From positions 120,940 through 184,939 of the forward strand of contig CAZSUV010000002.1 in assembly GCA_964610125.1 (NCBI GenBank): a stretch of 64,000 nucleotides of DNA, read 5' to 3'. The DNA comes from an uncultured Candidatus Saccharibacteria bacterium. GTDB lineage: Bacteria > Patescibacteriota > Dojkabacteria > SC72. The position numbers and the translations under genes are program-made. The notes under the pieces were generated by a model that worked only from the letters and a program-made list of their open reading frames with translations, searched no databases and was not told the origin of the DNA. Each line of letters opens with the position of its first letter. The stretch's first letter is position 1. Positions 1-10,590 of this stretch are shown piece after piece.

Positions 1-273
1 TTTGATGGTGGTACCGATGCTACATACTACTATGCTGTAGATAGTGTGGATCAGAGGTTCATGGTGGTATGTGTATCACTTGGAGGCATTGATGACGAAA
101 ACGAAAGAGGCTTCTATTGCACAGGGGACGGAATTGGTATTCTTCCCGAAATCAGTCCTGTGACAGATACGGATATAGGAGCTCAGTCTACTGGAGATCC
201 ATTAGCAACAATAGTTAAAAGTATGGATAACTCTGATTGGCATAATGAGGATGGCTTCTCTTTAAACAATTGA
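1..273 (+). CDS. 3' part of a probable pilin-like protein (truncated at window start)
   Basis: Open frame from base 1 (FDGGTDATYYYAVD...VVCVSLG...FYCTGDG) with a Cys pair, directly upstream of three pilin-like genes. Confidence 0.5.
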   Translation, partial: FDGGTDATYYYAVDSVDQRFMVVCVSLGGIDDENERGFYCTGDGIGILPEISPVTDTDIGAQSTGDPLATIVKSMDNSDWHNEDGFSLNN

Positions 274-309
274 TACTAATTTCTTTCTGTGCTAAATTAA
301 ATCATTGAA

Positions 310-1068
310 TTGTATATATTTACTGCCTTGAATTCTATACTGTCGTCAAAATATTCTGCATATACCCTAATGGAACTTCTGGTTGTTTTGACAATCTTCT
401 CAATCCTTGGTGCAATGTCTTTTTCCGCTTTTGGGAATTTGCAAAACACTGTAAAGATGAATGAATATGCCTTAACACTAGAACAGGATATAAGATCGGT
501 TCAGAGATCTGCAATGCTTCTTCAGAGAGATTCTGGAGAAAAATGGTTATATGGCTTAGGAATAGATTTTGGCGCAATGGGTGACAGTGGTGAATATACG
601 GTATTTAAATGGTGTTCTCCATTCAGTGATTATGGTGATGTTTTAACAAAATCTAGTCTTCCAGCATATACGCCATCAAAAACATTGGGGAGTGTAGGTA
701 CAATGAATGAACTGAATGGATATTTAACAGTTACTCCAATTGTAGAATCTTGCAGGGAGGGAGTTTCTTCTTCTTTGAGTATTTTACCAGGATATGATAA
801 ATCTACTAGGACACCCAAATCAAGTATTAGCATTACAATGGTAGACGGAAAAACACCAAGATTTGTTATCTTTGAGTCTGTATCGGGAAGAGCATTTTTT
901 TATGATACACAAGGCGTTCTCTTAAACTATGGTTCTGACGGAAAACTAATCGATGATCCCCTTCCATTTGTGATAACTATTGTACCAGCGAGTAATGTCA
1001 ATACTAGAATTATTACGATGAAGAACCTGTCAGGTAAAATTAGCATAGAATCAGTATATGGAAATTAA
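310..1068 (+). CDS. Type IV minor pilin / pseudopilin (FimT/GspH-like)
   Basis: Prepilin-type N-terminus AYTLMELLVVLTIFSILGAM with E+5; start codon uncertain (TTG). Confidence 0.8.
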   Translation: MYIFTALNSILSSKYSAYTLMELLVVLTIFSILGAMSFSAFGNLQNTVKMNEYALTLEQDIRSVQRSAMLLQRDSGEKWLYGLGIDFGAMGDSGEYTVFKWCSPFSDYGDVLTKSSLPAYTPSKTLGSVGTMNELNGYLTVTPIVESCREGVSSSLSILPGYDKSTRTPKSSISITMVDGKTPRFVIFESVSGRAFFYDTQGVLLNYGSDGKLIDDPLPFVITIVPASNVNTRIITMKNLSGKISIESVYGN

Positions 1069-1618
1069 AATGAAACCAAGATATGAAGGAATGGGTTTCG
1101 TGGAGGCTCTAATAGCCATTATGGTTGTTGGAGCATCCTCTATTGTATTAATGCAGATAGCAACAAAGACTTTACAAGATATGGTACAGAATGAAACGAT
1201 TGATACAATGACACAGTATGCAGTAGAAGGATCTACAATGATTCAGAATATTGCGATGCAAGAAAAATTGACGGGTGAGAACGTATTTCCCAATCCTATT
1301 AGTAATGTTAATAACTGTTATGTCGTTGATAAGGATGCAGATGATCAATACATAATTCGAAGAACAGAACAAGGTGATGTTACCTATGATTTACTAAATA
1401 GAGATCTGTATAGAACTGAAGCCGTTGTTGAAGAAGAAGCAGAAAGCCCATATTTTAGAATTTTCTGTATAGAAAGCTATGACATAACAGATACATATGC
1501 CATAGTGAAAATAGTTGTGGGACAATCCGAAGTAAATCCAGTTACCTCAAATGGTCAAAGTATAACAAAGGGCTACAGTGTCAAAGACTATACATATTTT
1601 ACAGTTGTTAATCTATGA
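1058..1618 (+). CDS. Type IV minor pilin (PilV-like)
   Basis: GMGFVEALIAIMVVG prepilin motif; overlaps both neighbours. Confidence 0.8.
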   Translation: MEIKMKPRYEGMGFVEALIAIMVVGASSIVLMQIATKTLQDMVQNETIDTMTQYAVEGSTMIQNIAMQEKLTGENVFPNPISNVNNCYVVDKDADDQYIIRRTEQGDVTYDLLNRDLYRTEAVVEEEAESPYFRIFCIESYDITDTYAIVKIVVGQSEVNPVTSNGQSITKGYSVKDYTYFTVVNL

Positions 1619-2328
1619 GAGACATATTTAATACAAAAGAAAAATACGAAGGTTTTAGCCTTGTTGAAATGTTAATAACCATTGTTATTATGGGTGTGGT
1701 TATGTTAACAGCCTCTTCTACTCTGACTACCTTGATAAAAATTTCAACAGTATCAAGTAATAAAACTCGTGTAAGGTCAGAAAGTGAATTCGTGCTAGAA
1801 CTCGTAAGGAGGACTGTACGTAATTCTAATCCATCCGATGTATATATTTTCGATTCAAGTGATGTTCGAAAATATGATCCGGAAGCAAATATAGTTATAA
1901 ATAATGATGGAAACCCTCAAAGTCCTGCTGTTTTGCAAGCATATGCTAATCCCGAAACTGAGAATATCGCAGGAAATGAGATTCATTTTAGGCCATATGG
2001 ATATGAAAGCTGGATATGTATTGCATATTTTCAATCTACTGCTAATGATGGTATGGGGTATATCCTTAAGACCTCTGCTCCCAACCTACTAAATAATCAG
2101 GCTACTTGCTTCGATGAAGATGCCAGTAAGTACGTTATTGCACTAAATTCTGAGGTAGTCAATATTCTTAATTTTGATATTGCATATACAATTTTAAAAG
2201 ATTCAAACTATTTAATTAGATTTGATATTGAATCAGAGCCAACTCAGTGGTATCTTGCTGAAGGAGCACCTGTAAAAAAGGTCGTTCATAGGCAAGCTGT
2301 TGTCTCGACGGAAGGAATTTTGTGGTAG
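1615..2328 (+). CDS. Type IV minor pilin (PilW/GspJ-like)
   Basis: GFSLVEMLITIVIMGVV prepilin motif. Confidence 0.85.
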   Translation: MRDIFNTKEKYEGFSLVEMLITIVIMGVVMLTASSTLTTLIKISTVSSNKTRVRSESEFVLELVRRTVRNSNPSDVYIFDSSDVRKYDPEANIVINNDGNPQSPAVLQAYANPETENIAGNEIHFRPYGYESWICIAYFQSTANDGMGYILKTSAPNLLNNQATCFDEDASKYVIALNSEVVNILNFDIAYTILKDSNYLIRFDIESEPTQWYLAEGAPVKKVVHRQAVVSTEGILW

Positions 2329-2406
2329 GTACTTAACATATACATGAATATCTGATTATACTGTATATAAGTATATGGGAATTATTAAATTTTTATATTT
2401 ATAGAT

Positions 2407-2787
2407 ATGGCTAAAACAATACTAATAGTTGAAGATGATAAGCAATTATTGGACTCTTATAAGGAGCTTGTAGAAACTGCTGGGTATACTTGCTTGACTG
2501 CCAACGATGGATATCATGGCTTAGATGTAATGACACAGCAGATGGGCATTGTAGCGCTTGTATTGCTTGATCTAATGATGCCTGGGGTTGATGGCCTCGA
2601 AGTTTTGAGAGCTGTAAAATCTAATCCAGAGAAATATGGAAATGTTCCCGTTGTAGTATTAACAAATATGACTAGTGATGCTGTTATCAAAGAAGCATTT
2701 GATTTAGGAGCTTCTTCTTACCTAGTTAAGACTGATATAGATTATGAAGGCCTGATAAAAGAATTAAATAAATATCTTGGGGAGTAA
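2407..2787 (+). CDS. Single-domain response regulator (CheY-like receiver)
   Basis: VEDD, LLDLMMPGVDG, LTN and K motifs intact; 126 aa. Confidence 0.92.
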   Translation: MAKTILIVEDDKQLLDSYKELVETAGYTCLTANDGYHGLDVMTQQMGIVALVLLDLMMPGVDGLEVLRAVKSNPEKYGNVPVVVLTNMTSDAVIKEAFDLGASSYLVKTDIDYEGLIKELNKYLGE

Positions 2788-2858
2788 TTTTGTTGCCCTA
2801 CTCTTTTTTTGCTATTATATATAAATATTAAAAGTTAAACTTAGATAAACTGCTCAAT

Positions 2859-3890
2859 ATGGCTAAGTTGCCCGACCATGTAGGTATAGATTTTGGTACT
2901 CACTCAGTGAAAGCTGTTGAGTTGAAGAATATTTCCTCGGATACTCCAGAGCTTGTAAATCTTGGATCTCAAATTACTCCGAAAGGTGTTATAAACAGTG
3001 AAGATAAAGCTGATCAAACAAAACTCGCTGATGTACTTAAAAAGCTTTATGACTCATCGAAGATAAAGAATAAATCTGTAGTTATGGCTCTTCCTGAATT
3101 TTCAGTATTTACTAGGTTCTTGGAATTTCCAGGAGTTAAACTCGAAGAGTTAAAAGATGCTGTGTATTTTGAGGCTAAACAGTATATCCCAATGCCACTT
3201 GATGAAGTTCAATTGAGCTATATTACAATAGGATTTAATCAAACCAAAAATGCGCCTCGTGTACTTTTAGTTGCTGCTCCTCGAAAGATTATTGACATAT
3301 ATATTAATGTCGCTATGAATGCAGGTCTGGAACTTGCTGCTATTGAGACAGAATCTGTTGCAATGGGAAGGGCTATGTACCGTGCTACAAAGAAGAAAGA
3401 CCTAGTAATGTTGGATTTTGGGGCAAACAGCACAGATATGAGTATTCTTTCTGAAGGATATTTAGTATTTTCTCAAAGCATTGCAATTGGATCAGATTCT
3501 TTAACACAGTCTATTGTTAATAAATTCAATTTTGAATATTCAAGAGCTGAGGAATTTAAACGAAACTATGGTGTTGTGGAAAACGTTTTAGAAGGAAAAA
3601 TATATAATGTGCTCTCTCCTATCGTTGAATCTATATTGGTTGAAGTTAGAAGAGGAATTGAATTCTACAAAAACAAAACATTAGTTGCAGCACCTATGGA
3701 TTATATTTTAAATGGAGATGGCGCTCTTCTTCCAGGTTTAATAGAATATGTATCTAAGAGTTTAGGTGTGAATGTCTCTATTGCTACACCTTGGAATTCT
3801 ATAAAAATTGATAATAAATTTAAAGACATAATAGCGAAGAGTGGCCCTTCATACTCAGTAGCTATTGGATTAGCATTAAAAGATGAATAA
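2859..3890 (+). CDS. pilM: Type IV pilus assembly protein PilM
   Basis: VGIDFGTHSVKAVEL, LDFGANST, GDGALLPGL, AIGLALK actin-like motifs. Confidence 0.92.
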   Translation: MAKLPDHVGIDFGTHSVKAVELKNISSDTPELVNLGSQITPKGVINSEDKADQTKLADVLKKLYDSSKIKNKSVVMALPEFSVFTRFLEFPGVKLEELKDAVYFEAKQYIPMPLDEVQLSYITIGFNQTKNAPRVLLVAAPRKIIDIYINVAMNAGLELAAIETESVAMGRAMYRATKKKDLVMLDFGANSTDMSILSEGYLVFSQSIAIGSDSLTQSIVNKFNFEYSRAEEFKRNYGVVENVLEGKIYNVLSPIVESILVEVRRGIEFYKNKTLVAAPMDYILNGDGALLPGLIEYVSKSLGVNVSIATPWNSIKIDNKFKDIIAKSGPSYSVAIGLALKDE

Positions 3891-4587
3891 TAATACCCCT
3901 GATATCAAAAATATATTCACAAAAATAAGAGCACAAAAGCCTGCCATAAAGACTGATAAATCAGTTTCTCCGCTTACTCCTTCTCAAAAAAATGAGATTT
4001 CCAAACCCGGATTTGAAAATATTATGGCAGAAAAAGGTGTCAATCTAATACCAACTCTTTCAAAAGAAGAAGTTGTCGTAGCAGAAAAAAAGAAAAAATT
4101 AAATGTTAGTTCTATTGTTAGCCTTTTGATATTAGTAATTGTTTCTATTCTTATAATAGGATTTAATATTGTTTCTAGGATGTCGCTGAATAATGAAAAG
4201 GGAAAATTAAAAACATACGAAACTCAAGTAAGCGGAATGGCACAAAAGATTATTTCCAGTAATGAAATCACTGAAAGAGTTCAATTGTATAATCGAGTTC
4301 TGGGAGAAACCTATTCTCCTAAAAGTGTTGTTGACTATCTAAATGCCATTGCCTCAAAAAGCGGATCTTCTGTTATTAGCAATTTTGCATTGGGTGAAAA
4401 TCTGCTTTTCACGATTGAAGGAAAGGCCTCAGACATGGAAAATATCTCAAAATTTTGGTATTTGCTAAGCAATGATCCAAAAATGGAGACAGTAACCCTT
4501 CAATCAGTTGGAAATAGTGATAATAACGTAAGATTTGTTTTTAAAGGAAAGTTGATTTTGAAAGAATTCTTAAGTTCAGTTAATTAA
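3883..4587 (+). CDS. pilN: PilN-like pilus alignment protein
   Basis: VNLIP motif, single TM helix, coiled coil; follows pilM. Confidence 0.75.
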   Translation: MNNNTPDIKNIFTKIRAQKPAIKTDKSVSPLTPSQKNEISKPGFENIMAEKGVNLIPTLSKEEVVVAEKKKKLNVSSIVSLLILVIVSILIIGFNIVSRMSLNNEKGKLKTYETQVSGMAQKIISSNEITERVQLYNRVLGETYSPKSVVDYLNAIASKSGSSVISNFALGENLLFTIEGKASDMENISKFWYLLSNDPKMETVTLQSVGNSDNNVRFVFKGKLILKEFLSSVN

Positions 4588-4590
4588 AAA

Positions 4591-5307
4591 ATGCCAATAG
4601 CTTCAAACTTAGCAAGTGCTACAAAAACTAAAAAAGAGATAGATGCGATAAGTGAGAGAGTAAGAAAGACAAAGCTGAAGGTAACGGATGTCATAATCCC
4701 TATTTTGGTTGTAATTATTCTTGTTATCCTTGGGGTATTCGTATTTGTTCCGATGATAAAAAAGGCAATATCATTCCAAGCTGAGCATGCCTCTGTAGTT
4801 GAGAAAGAGAAGAAGCTAATAGAATTAAAAGAAACTTTAAACACTATGGATGAGGGTATTCTGCAAAGTGACTTAATTAATGCACAGAAGGTAATACCAA
4901 ATACTTTAAAGGTATCAAGTTTTATGTACTATATTGATAATCTAGCTTCTGAAAAGGGGCTAACCTCCTCTGAGATTTCTGCTGGTGATATTAAAATAAA
5001 TACTGAAGGAGAAACTAGTGATGGAAACTATATCTTGGGGGTTAGCGGACCTTTAGCGTATGAAGGAACTTTGACTAACGCTTTAAGTTTTCTTGATAGC
5101 CTTTATTCCATATCTCCTTATATAATAACCATTGAAAATCTTGAGCTAGAGGCATTTAATAATTCATGGAAGATCAGTCTTTCAGTTACAGGGTATTATG
5201 TTCCAGTATCCGCATCAAGCGCAGATGTTTATTCAACATTTACACCGTATAGTAAATACTCAGATATCGTGAAGATATTTGAAACAAAAGCTAGTCAGTT
5301 AGACTAG
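4591..5307 (+). CDS. pilO: PilO-like pilus alignment protein
   Basis: TM helix, coiled coil and ferredoxin-like C-terminus; follows pilN. Confidence 0.7.
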   Translation: MPIASNLASATKTKKEIDAISERVRKTKLKVTDVIIPILVVIILVILGVFVFVPMIKKAISFQAEHASVVEKEKKLIELKETLNTMDEGILQSDLINAQKVIPNTLKVSSFMYYIDNLASEKGLTSSEISAGDIKINTEGETSDGNYILGVSGPLAYEGTLTNALSFLDSLYSISPYIITIENLELEAFNNSWKISLSVTGYYVPVSASSADVYSTFTPYSKYSDIVKIFETKASQLD

Positions 5308-5642
5308 ATTTCATCATAAAGCATATTATCATTATCGGAAGTTGTTACCTGTTGGTCCTCTTCTTGTTTTGGAGCTTCTGTATCATCTCTATGTCCAGCC
5401 TTATCATCTTTAATTAAGACCTTAACTCTTTTATCATTTCTGATAGCATGTATCGTTATCAAATCTCTAATAGCATTAATAGTTCTACCCTTTCTACCAA
5501 TAACTACACCCTTGTCATCCTCAGCAACATCAATAGTAAGAATAATTAAACCAGGAAAGTCTTGACTTTCTTTTTCTTCAATAGCGACATTATCTGGGTG
5601 ATTTACGATTGACTTAACAATGTGATCTAGGAGTTCTTTCAT
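5304..5642 (-). CDS. khpA: KH-domain RNA-binding protein KhpA
   Basis: DKGVVIGRKGRTINAIR; directly downstream of rpsP. Confidence 0.9.
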   Translation of the reverse strand: MKELLDHIVKSIVNHPDNVAIEEKESQDFPGLIILTIDVAEDDKGVVIGRKGRTINAIRDLITIHAIRNDKRVKVLIKDDKAGHRDDTEAPKQEEDQQVTTSDNDNMLYDEI

Positions 5643-5685
5643 TTATGTATTCAAAATAATTAAAATACTTTGAATTATTATACAA

Positions 5686-5985
5686 CTATTTTTCTTCTTT
5701 TGTCTTCTTTTCTGTGCTTGGCTTTGTAGAGCCTCTTTTGAGGGCCTTGATCAAGCCTAGCTTTACGAAATACTGAGCTATAGTATCAGATGGTTGCGCA
5801 CCACTCTTGAGCCATTTAGCTGCCTCTTCTTTATCTACTTCAAATGTAGTTGGATTGTTTCTTGGATTGTAATATCCAATTTCTGCAATAGCTTTACCAT
5901 CTCTAGGTTTGCTGTCTTGCATGACAACAATCTTGTAATGTGGTTGGGCTCTTCTACCTGTTCTTTTTAGTCTTATTTTTAACAT
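5686..5985 (-). CDS. rpsP: 30S ribosomal protein S16
   Basis: MLKIRLKRTG...PRDGKAIAEIGYYNP...GAQPSDT. Confidence 0.97.
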   Translation of the reverse strand: MLKIRLKRTGRRAQPHYKIVVMQDSKPRDGKAIAEIGYYNPRNNPTTFEVDKEEAAKWLKSGAQPSDTIAQYFVKLGLIKALKRGSTKPSTEKKTKEEK

Positions 5986-6012
5986 AATGGGAATTCTATC
6001 AAATGAATCAGA

Positions 6013-6720
6013 TTAATTCAAGGTTTTTCCTTGTTTATTTAATATTTCTACAGTTGCTTTGGCTGCATCTTCCTCAGCTTTCTGTTTACTAGAACCTGTA
6101 CCAACTGCTATCTCTTTATTATTTATCTTCAATGCTACAGTAAATATCTTGTCATGATCAGGACCTTCTTGTTTGACAACCTCATATACTGGAGTTACCT
6201 TAAACTGAGATTGAATCATTTCTTGTGCTTGTGTCTTAGGATCAATGAAAAGATTATTCTCAACAATTCGATCTACTTTCTTCAAAAGCGTTCTTTCAAT
6301 ATATTCTCTACATACATCCAAGCCTTGATCTTGATATATTGCACCTAAGATTGCTTCAAAAGTATTTGCTAAGAGATAGTCCTTGTCTCGTCCACCTGAT
6401 TCCTTCTCTCCTTTAGACATTCTTAAGTGTTCACCTAATCCTAGATTCCGAGATTCCTCTGCTAAGCTTTCTGTTCTTACAACAGCAGCTCGAATATTGG
6501 TTAATTCACCTTCTGGTTTTTCTGGATATTTACTGTAAAGATATGTTGAAATCAGAAGCTCTAAGACTGCATCTCCGAGAAATTCTATTCTTTCATTATT
6601 CTGAAGTGCTATTTCCCTATGTTCATTTAAGTATGATCTATGTGTCAAAGCATTGTCTAACAAAGTCCTGTCTTTAAACACTATCCCTAATTTTGCTTCT
6701 ATTTCTTCGTAATTATTCAT
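6013..6720 (-). CDS. rnc: Ribonuclease III
   Basis: [20 protein letters not shown]-terminal dsRBD; probable start MNNYEE at 6720. Confidence 0.96.
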   Translation of the reverse strand: MNNYEEIEAKLGIVFKDRTLLDNALTHRSYLNEHREIALQNNERIEFLGDAVLELLISTYLYSKYPEKPEGELTNIRAAVVRTESLAEESRNLGLGEHLRMSKGEKESGGRDKDYLLANTFEAILGAIYQDQGLDVCREYIERTLLKKVDRIVENNLFIDPKTQAQEMIQSQFKVTPVYEVVKQEGPDHDKIFTVALKINNKEIAVGTGSSKQKAEEDAAKATVEILNKQGKTLN

Positions 6721-7147
6721 CTTTCTTTGCTTCTTCATATATTGCACCAAGTACACCATTCACAAATTTTCCACTTGTATCTCCTCCAAAATCCTTTGCT
6801 ATTTCAATTGCTTCATCAATTGCTACTTTAGGTGGAGTCTTCTTTCCTACAAATCCTTCAAATATTGCTATTCTTAGTATCTGTAAATCAACTAACTTCA
6901 TCTGTGAGATTGGCCATTGTGGGGCATATTTAGTAATGAGGTTATCAATCTCTTCTTTTTGATTATTTACACCATCTACAATTCCATTGAAAAGCTCAAG
7001 GTTATACTCTTCTATTTCATCTAATTCGATTAATTGCTCTACAGGAATTTCTGCTACGTCTTGATTTCCACTGTTGAAGTAACTTGAAAATAGTCTTTGT
7101 AATGCAAGAATTCTCGCTAAGTGCCTTGGGTCAGATGCTCTTTTCAT
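6713..7147 (-). CDS. nusB: Transcription antitermination factor NusB
   Basis: [14 protein letters not shown]...FVNGVLG. Confidence 0.95.
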   Translation of the reverse strand: MKRASDPRHLARILALQRLFSSYFNSGNQDVAEIPVEQLIELDEIEEYNLELFNGIVDGVNNQKEEIDNLITKYAPQWPISQMKLVDLQILRIAIFEGFVGKKTPPKVAIDEAIEIAKDFGGDTSGKFVNGVLGAIYEEAKKDE

Positions 7148-7153
7148 ATGTTA

Positions 7154-7333
7154 TTATGATTTTTTAGTTTCTTTCTTTTCCTTGTAAAAACCACATGATG
7201 GACATGCAAAATGTGCTCGTTTTACGTTTCCGCATTTTGGACATTTTGACATACCTGTAACTTTAAGTGCATTGTGTGATCGTCTTTGTCCACGTACGCT
7301 ACTTGAAATTTTTCTTTTTGGAAGTGCTCCCAT
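7154..7333 (-). CDS. rpmF: 50S ribosomal protein L32 (absent from ORF track)
   Basis: Hand translation MGALPKRKISSSVRGQRRSHNALKVTGMSKCPKCGNVKRAHFACPSCGFYKEKKETKKS; CxxC..CxxC. Confidence 0.95.
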   Translation of the reverse strand: MGALPKRKISSSVRGQRRSHNALKVTGMSKCPKCGNVKRAHFACPSCGFYKEKKETKKS

Positions 7334-7396
7334 TGCTTTAAATATTTATATTATCAATCTTGGATTATATTCGATATATTGCTCTTTTTCAACAGC

Positions 7397-10120
7397 TTAT
7401 ATAATCCAGCTCTCTCTTATGTTTATTTCTGCTCCAGATTTTAGATTTCCTTCTATGATTTCTTTAGCTATTTCACCCTCTATTCTATCCTGTATGTATC
7501 TTTTGATAGGTCTTGCACCCATTCCTGGCTCATTTGATTTATTCGCAACTAACATTGGTATCTGGTTATTCCATTTGAGGATCATACCCTTGTCAGCAAG
7601 CCTCTTTGCTAATTCTGCGAGTAGTAATTCTGAAATCTGAGTTAGATTATTAATATCATGTGGTGCAAATACAATTACTTTGTCAAAACGATTGAGCAAT
7701 TCTGGTCTAAGGTATTGTCTTAATTCTAGTAATACTCTGTTTTTTGCTTCATCCCAAAGTGAAGCGTCTTTTTCAAGTGCTTCTAGAAGAATTTGGCTTC
7801 CAATATTGCTTGTACAGATTATTACTGTATTTGTGAAGTCTACGGTTTCTCCGGCACTACTTGTAAGTCTGCCTTCATCAAATATTTGTAAGAAGAGATT
7901 TAATATATCTGGGTGGGCTTTTTCGATTTCATCAAAAAGTACAACTGTATATGGATTGGATTTAACTCTGTCTACCAGTGTAATTTGTGATTGCCCCATT
8001 ATATTGGTTTGGGTAGACGAACCTAAGAATTTGTCTATACTCGATACATCCTGATATTCAGACATATCAATTCTAATTATATCTTGTTTGTTACCAAAGA
8101 ATTCTTCACCTACAACCTTAGCAAGATATGTTTTACCAACACCTGTAGGCCCTATGAACAAGAATGTCCCAATTGGTTTATCTGCACTCCTAATATCTGT
8201 CCTTGCTCTTCTCAGGGCTTCTGTGATTGCAATGATGGCCTCGTCTTGTCCTACAATTCTAGACTTAATGTTCTCTTCTAATTTCCTCAATCGATTACTT
8301 TCTTCTTGATCTATTTCTGTAATATTTATGTTTTTTTGTATAGATATAGCCTTTGAAACATGCTCAGATGTAATCTTGGGGATATTGTTTGATTGTGCCC
8401 ATGAACATGTAGCCTCAATGGTTTGTACTGCACTACTTGGTAATTTCCTGTCTCTAATATATCTCTGTGCTAATTCAACGGAAGCTACTAAAGCTGGGAA
8501 GGTGATATAGCAGGAGAAGTTGGATTCAAGTTCCGCTACTTTGGTTTCAAGAATTTTTAATGTATCAGTTGTGCTTACTTCTTTTACTTCAATATTACTA
8601 AAGCTTTGTCTAAGAGATTCATTACTGTAAAAATACTTTTTGTAATCAGCATAGTTTATCGTCCCTATTATCGGGAACTTACTATTCATTATGTATGGAA
8701 GCATTACTCCCGCTATGGATTGACCTGATTCTTCGGCCTTTGCGGGAATTAATTCCTGCATTTCATCTATGTAAAGGATTGTGTTCCCAGCATTACCCAA
8801 CTCTTCCATGGCTTTGATTATCAGTTGCTCAATGTTTTTCTCTCCTGAAGCTTGCGCAATTAATCCATTTACGTCAAATTGAACGACGCGTTTGTCCTTT
8901 AATTGAATTGGTACATTTCCAGTGTTGATTCTTTGGGCAACTCCAAGTATTAGGCTTGATTTACCTACTCCAGCCTCACCAATTAGGAGTGCATTTTTGT
9001 TTGAAATCTTTCCTAAAACTGATACCAAATTCTCAATTTCTTCCTCATGTCCGATTCCAAATGTATCCTGGTTTTCAGCAACGACACGGGTTAAATCTTT
9101 GCTAAAGTGACTAAGTATGAAGGTATATCCGAAGACCCATTGCTTTGCAATTCCTCCTCTTCTGTAATATGGAATTTTAATATCCAAGAAATTTGCTCTG
9201 TTCTTCTTGTTTATGACCTTATTGTTGTACAAACAAATCTCTCTAAAGATATCGATTGTAATATTCTTGGTTTGAAGAAATTTTTGTAATTGAGGAAATA
9301 TCCTAGTTATGGCAAGAAATATGTGTTGAGGTTGAACCTCTTTACTCTCAGTAAGTAAGGCTTCTTCAACCGCATATGTGAGCAAACTTCTGTATGCCGT
9401 AATGTGATATTGTGGTAGTGATTCTGCGTTTACTTTGAAATCTTTTTCTAATTCCTCAATACCCATTTCAATTCCGGATCTTCTAATGAGTTGTTGTACT
9501 TCAAAATTATCAGTAAGCAAATGCTTGTAAAGCTCAAATATGGAGAAGTGGTTATCCTTAGTGTAGGTGCAGAGCATCTCAAGAGTTTCTTGATTAGTGA
9601 AATGTACTATCTCCAGGTGTGCATACCTACCGAATTTAAATCCTGTCGCCCTTATTTCATCTAACTCTTTTGGAGATATTTTCTTAGCAATTGGGAGTTG
9701 TACAGGATGGCTTTTTTCTTCGTAGAAATCATGCCAAAGAATTATGACACCAAGTATGGATAACCCAAAGAGTACTCCACTCCACTTTGAATCTATGAAC
9801 TGAACGATGAATGAACTATCATCTAAAAGGTTTGCATATCTAAAAATGAAACCAACAGCTACAAAGATACCTGGGACAATGATAATGTTGGCAAGGATAC
9901 GAACAACGTCGTGGACTTTTTTGTATCTTAAGAAGTTCTTAATTACTGAAGCTATCTGTTGGGTTGAGATTGAAAAGAAATGGTCCCTAGTGACCAAGAA
10001 TGTAGCCTCATTTTCATTTTCAAGTATTGGGTATTTCTTTTCAATAATGCCAACGCGACCAGTATCTTTTTTATGATATCCACATATTGTTTTCTGTTGC
10101 ATTTCGAAATCTAGTGCCAT
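7397..10120 (-). CDS. ClpA/ClpB-family double AAA+ ATPase with N-terminal transmembrane segments
   Basis: GEAGVGKS/YIDE and GPTGVGKT/FDEIEKAH, RIDMSEY, PELLNRFD, GARPI; two hydrophobic helices near aa 75-130. Confidence 0.9.
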   Translation of the reverse strand: MALDFEMQQKTICGYHKKDTGRVGIIEKKYPILENENEATFLVTRDHFFSISTQQIASVIKNFLRYKKVHDVVRILANIIIVPGIFVAVGFIFRYANLLDDSSFIVQFIDSKWSGVLFGLSILGVIILWHDFYEEKSHPVQLPIAKKISPKELDEIRATGFKFGRYAHLEIVHFTNQETLEMLCTYTKDNHFSIFELYKHLLTDNFEVQQLIRRSGIEMGIEELEKDFKVNAESLPQYHITAYRSLLTYAVEEALLTESKEVQPQHIFLAITRIFPQLQKFLQTKNITIDIFREICLYNNKVINKKNRANFLDIKIPYYRRGGIAKQWVFGYTFILSHFSKDLTRVVAENQDTFGIGHEEEIENLVSVLGKISNKNALLIGEAGVGKSSLILGVAQRINTGNVPIQLKDKRVVQFDVNGLIAQASGEKNIEQLIIKAMEELGNAGNTILYIDEMQELIPAKAEESGQSIAGVMLPYIMNSKFPIIGTINYADYKKYFYSNESLRQSFSNIEVKEVSTTDTLKILETKVAELESNFSCYITFPALVASVELAQRYIRDRKLPSSAVQTIEATCSWAQSNNIPKITSEHVSKAISIQKNINITEIDQEESNRLRKLEENIKSRIVGQDEAIIAITEALRRARTDIRSADKPIGTFLFIGPTGVGKTYLAKVVGEEFFGNKQDIIRIDMSEYQDVSSIDKFLGSSTQTNIMGQSQITLVDRVKSNPYTVVLFDEIEKAHPDILNLFLQIFDEGRLTSSAGETVDFTNTVIICTSNIGSQILLEALEKDASLWDEAKNRVLLELRQYLRPELLNRFDKVIVFAPHDINNLTQISELLLAELAKRLADKGMILKWNNQIPMLVANKSNEPGMGARPIKRYIQDRIEGEIAKEIIEGNLKSGAEINIRESWII

Positions 10121-10122
10121 GG

Positions 10123-10524
10123 TTACTTAATCAGTGAAGTTATGATGAATGTTAATGTTGCGATTGGTAATATAATCCAGAAGAGTATGAAGAGGAGGTA
10201 AAGGAAGAAGATTAGGAGGAATATTGTAACGGCAATTGGCAGGTAGAGGATTCGCATGGCTATTCCAAAGAGGTATCCCATTGCGGAGTAATCTCGATGC
10301 CATGGTGTAAAGAATGTTTTGAAAAGCAAACTTAATGAAAGTTGATCATCTACAACTGTGGCTAGTCGATTCAGTACTCTTAAATGCCATATTGGCATCT
10401 TTATGTACCACCATCTAAGGAAGTCCTGAAAGGAGTACAAAACAATAGCCGCATATGAGTCGACTTTGGTGCCTGTGAGTAATTGTTGTCCCGAGTTATC
10501 AGAGACTGTGTTTTTTACTTCCAT
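10123..10524 (-). CDS. Hypothetical membrane protein, co-transcribed with the Clp ATPase
   Basis: FLRWWY, TFFTPWHRD, long hydrophobic C-terminus; ends 2 nt before the Clp ATG. Confidence 0.75.
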   Translation of the reverse strand: MEVKNTVSDNSGQQLLTGTKVDSYAAIVLYSFQDFLRWWYIKMPIWHLRVLNRLATVVDDQLSLSLLFKTFFTPWHRDYSAMGYLFGIAMRILYLPIAVTIFLLIFFLYLLFILFWIILPIATLTFIITSLIK

Positions 10525-10590
10525 TGTTTGGGCAGATTTTATCTGTTAGTTTAGTTTATTGTAAAACCCTCTCTTGTGCAAGTCTAAGGG

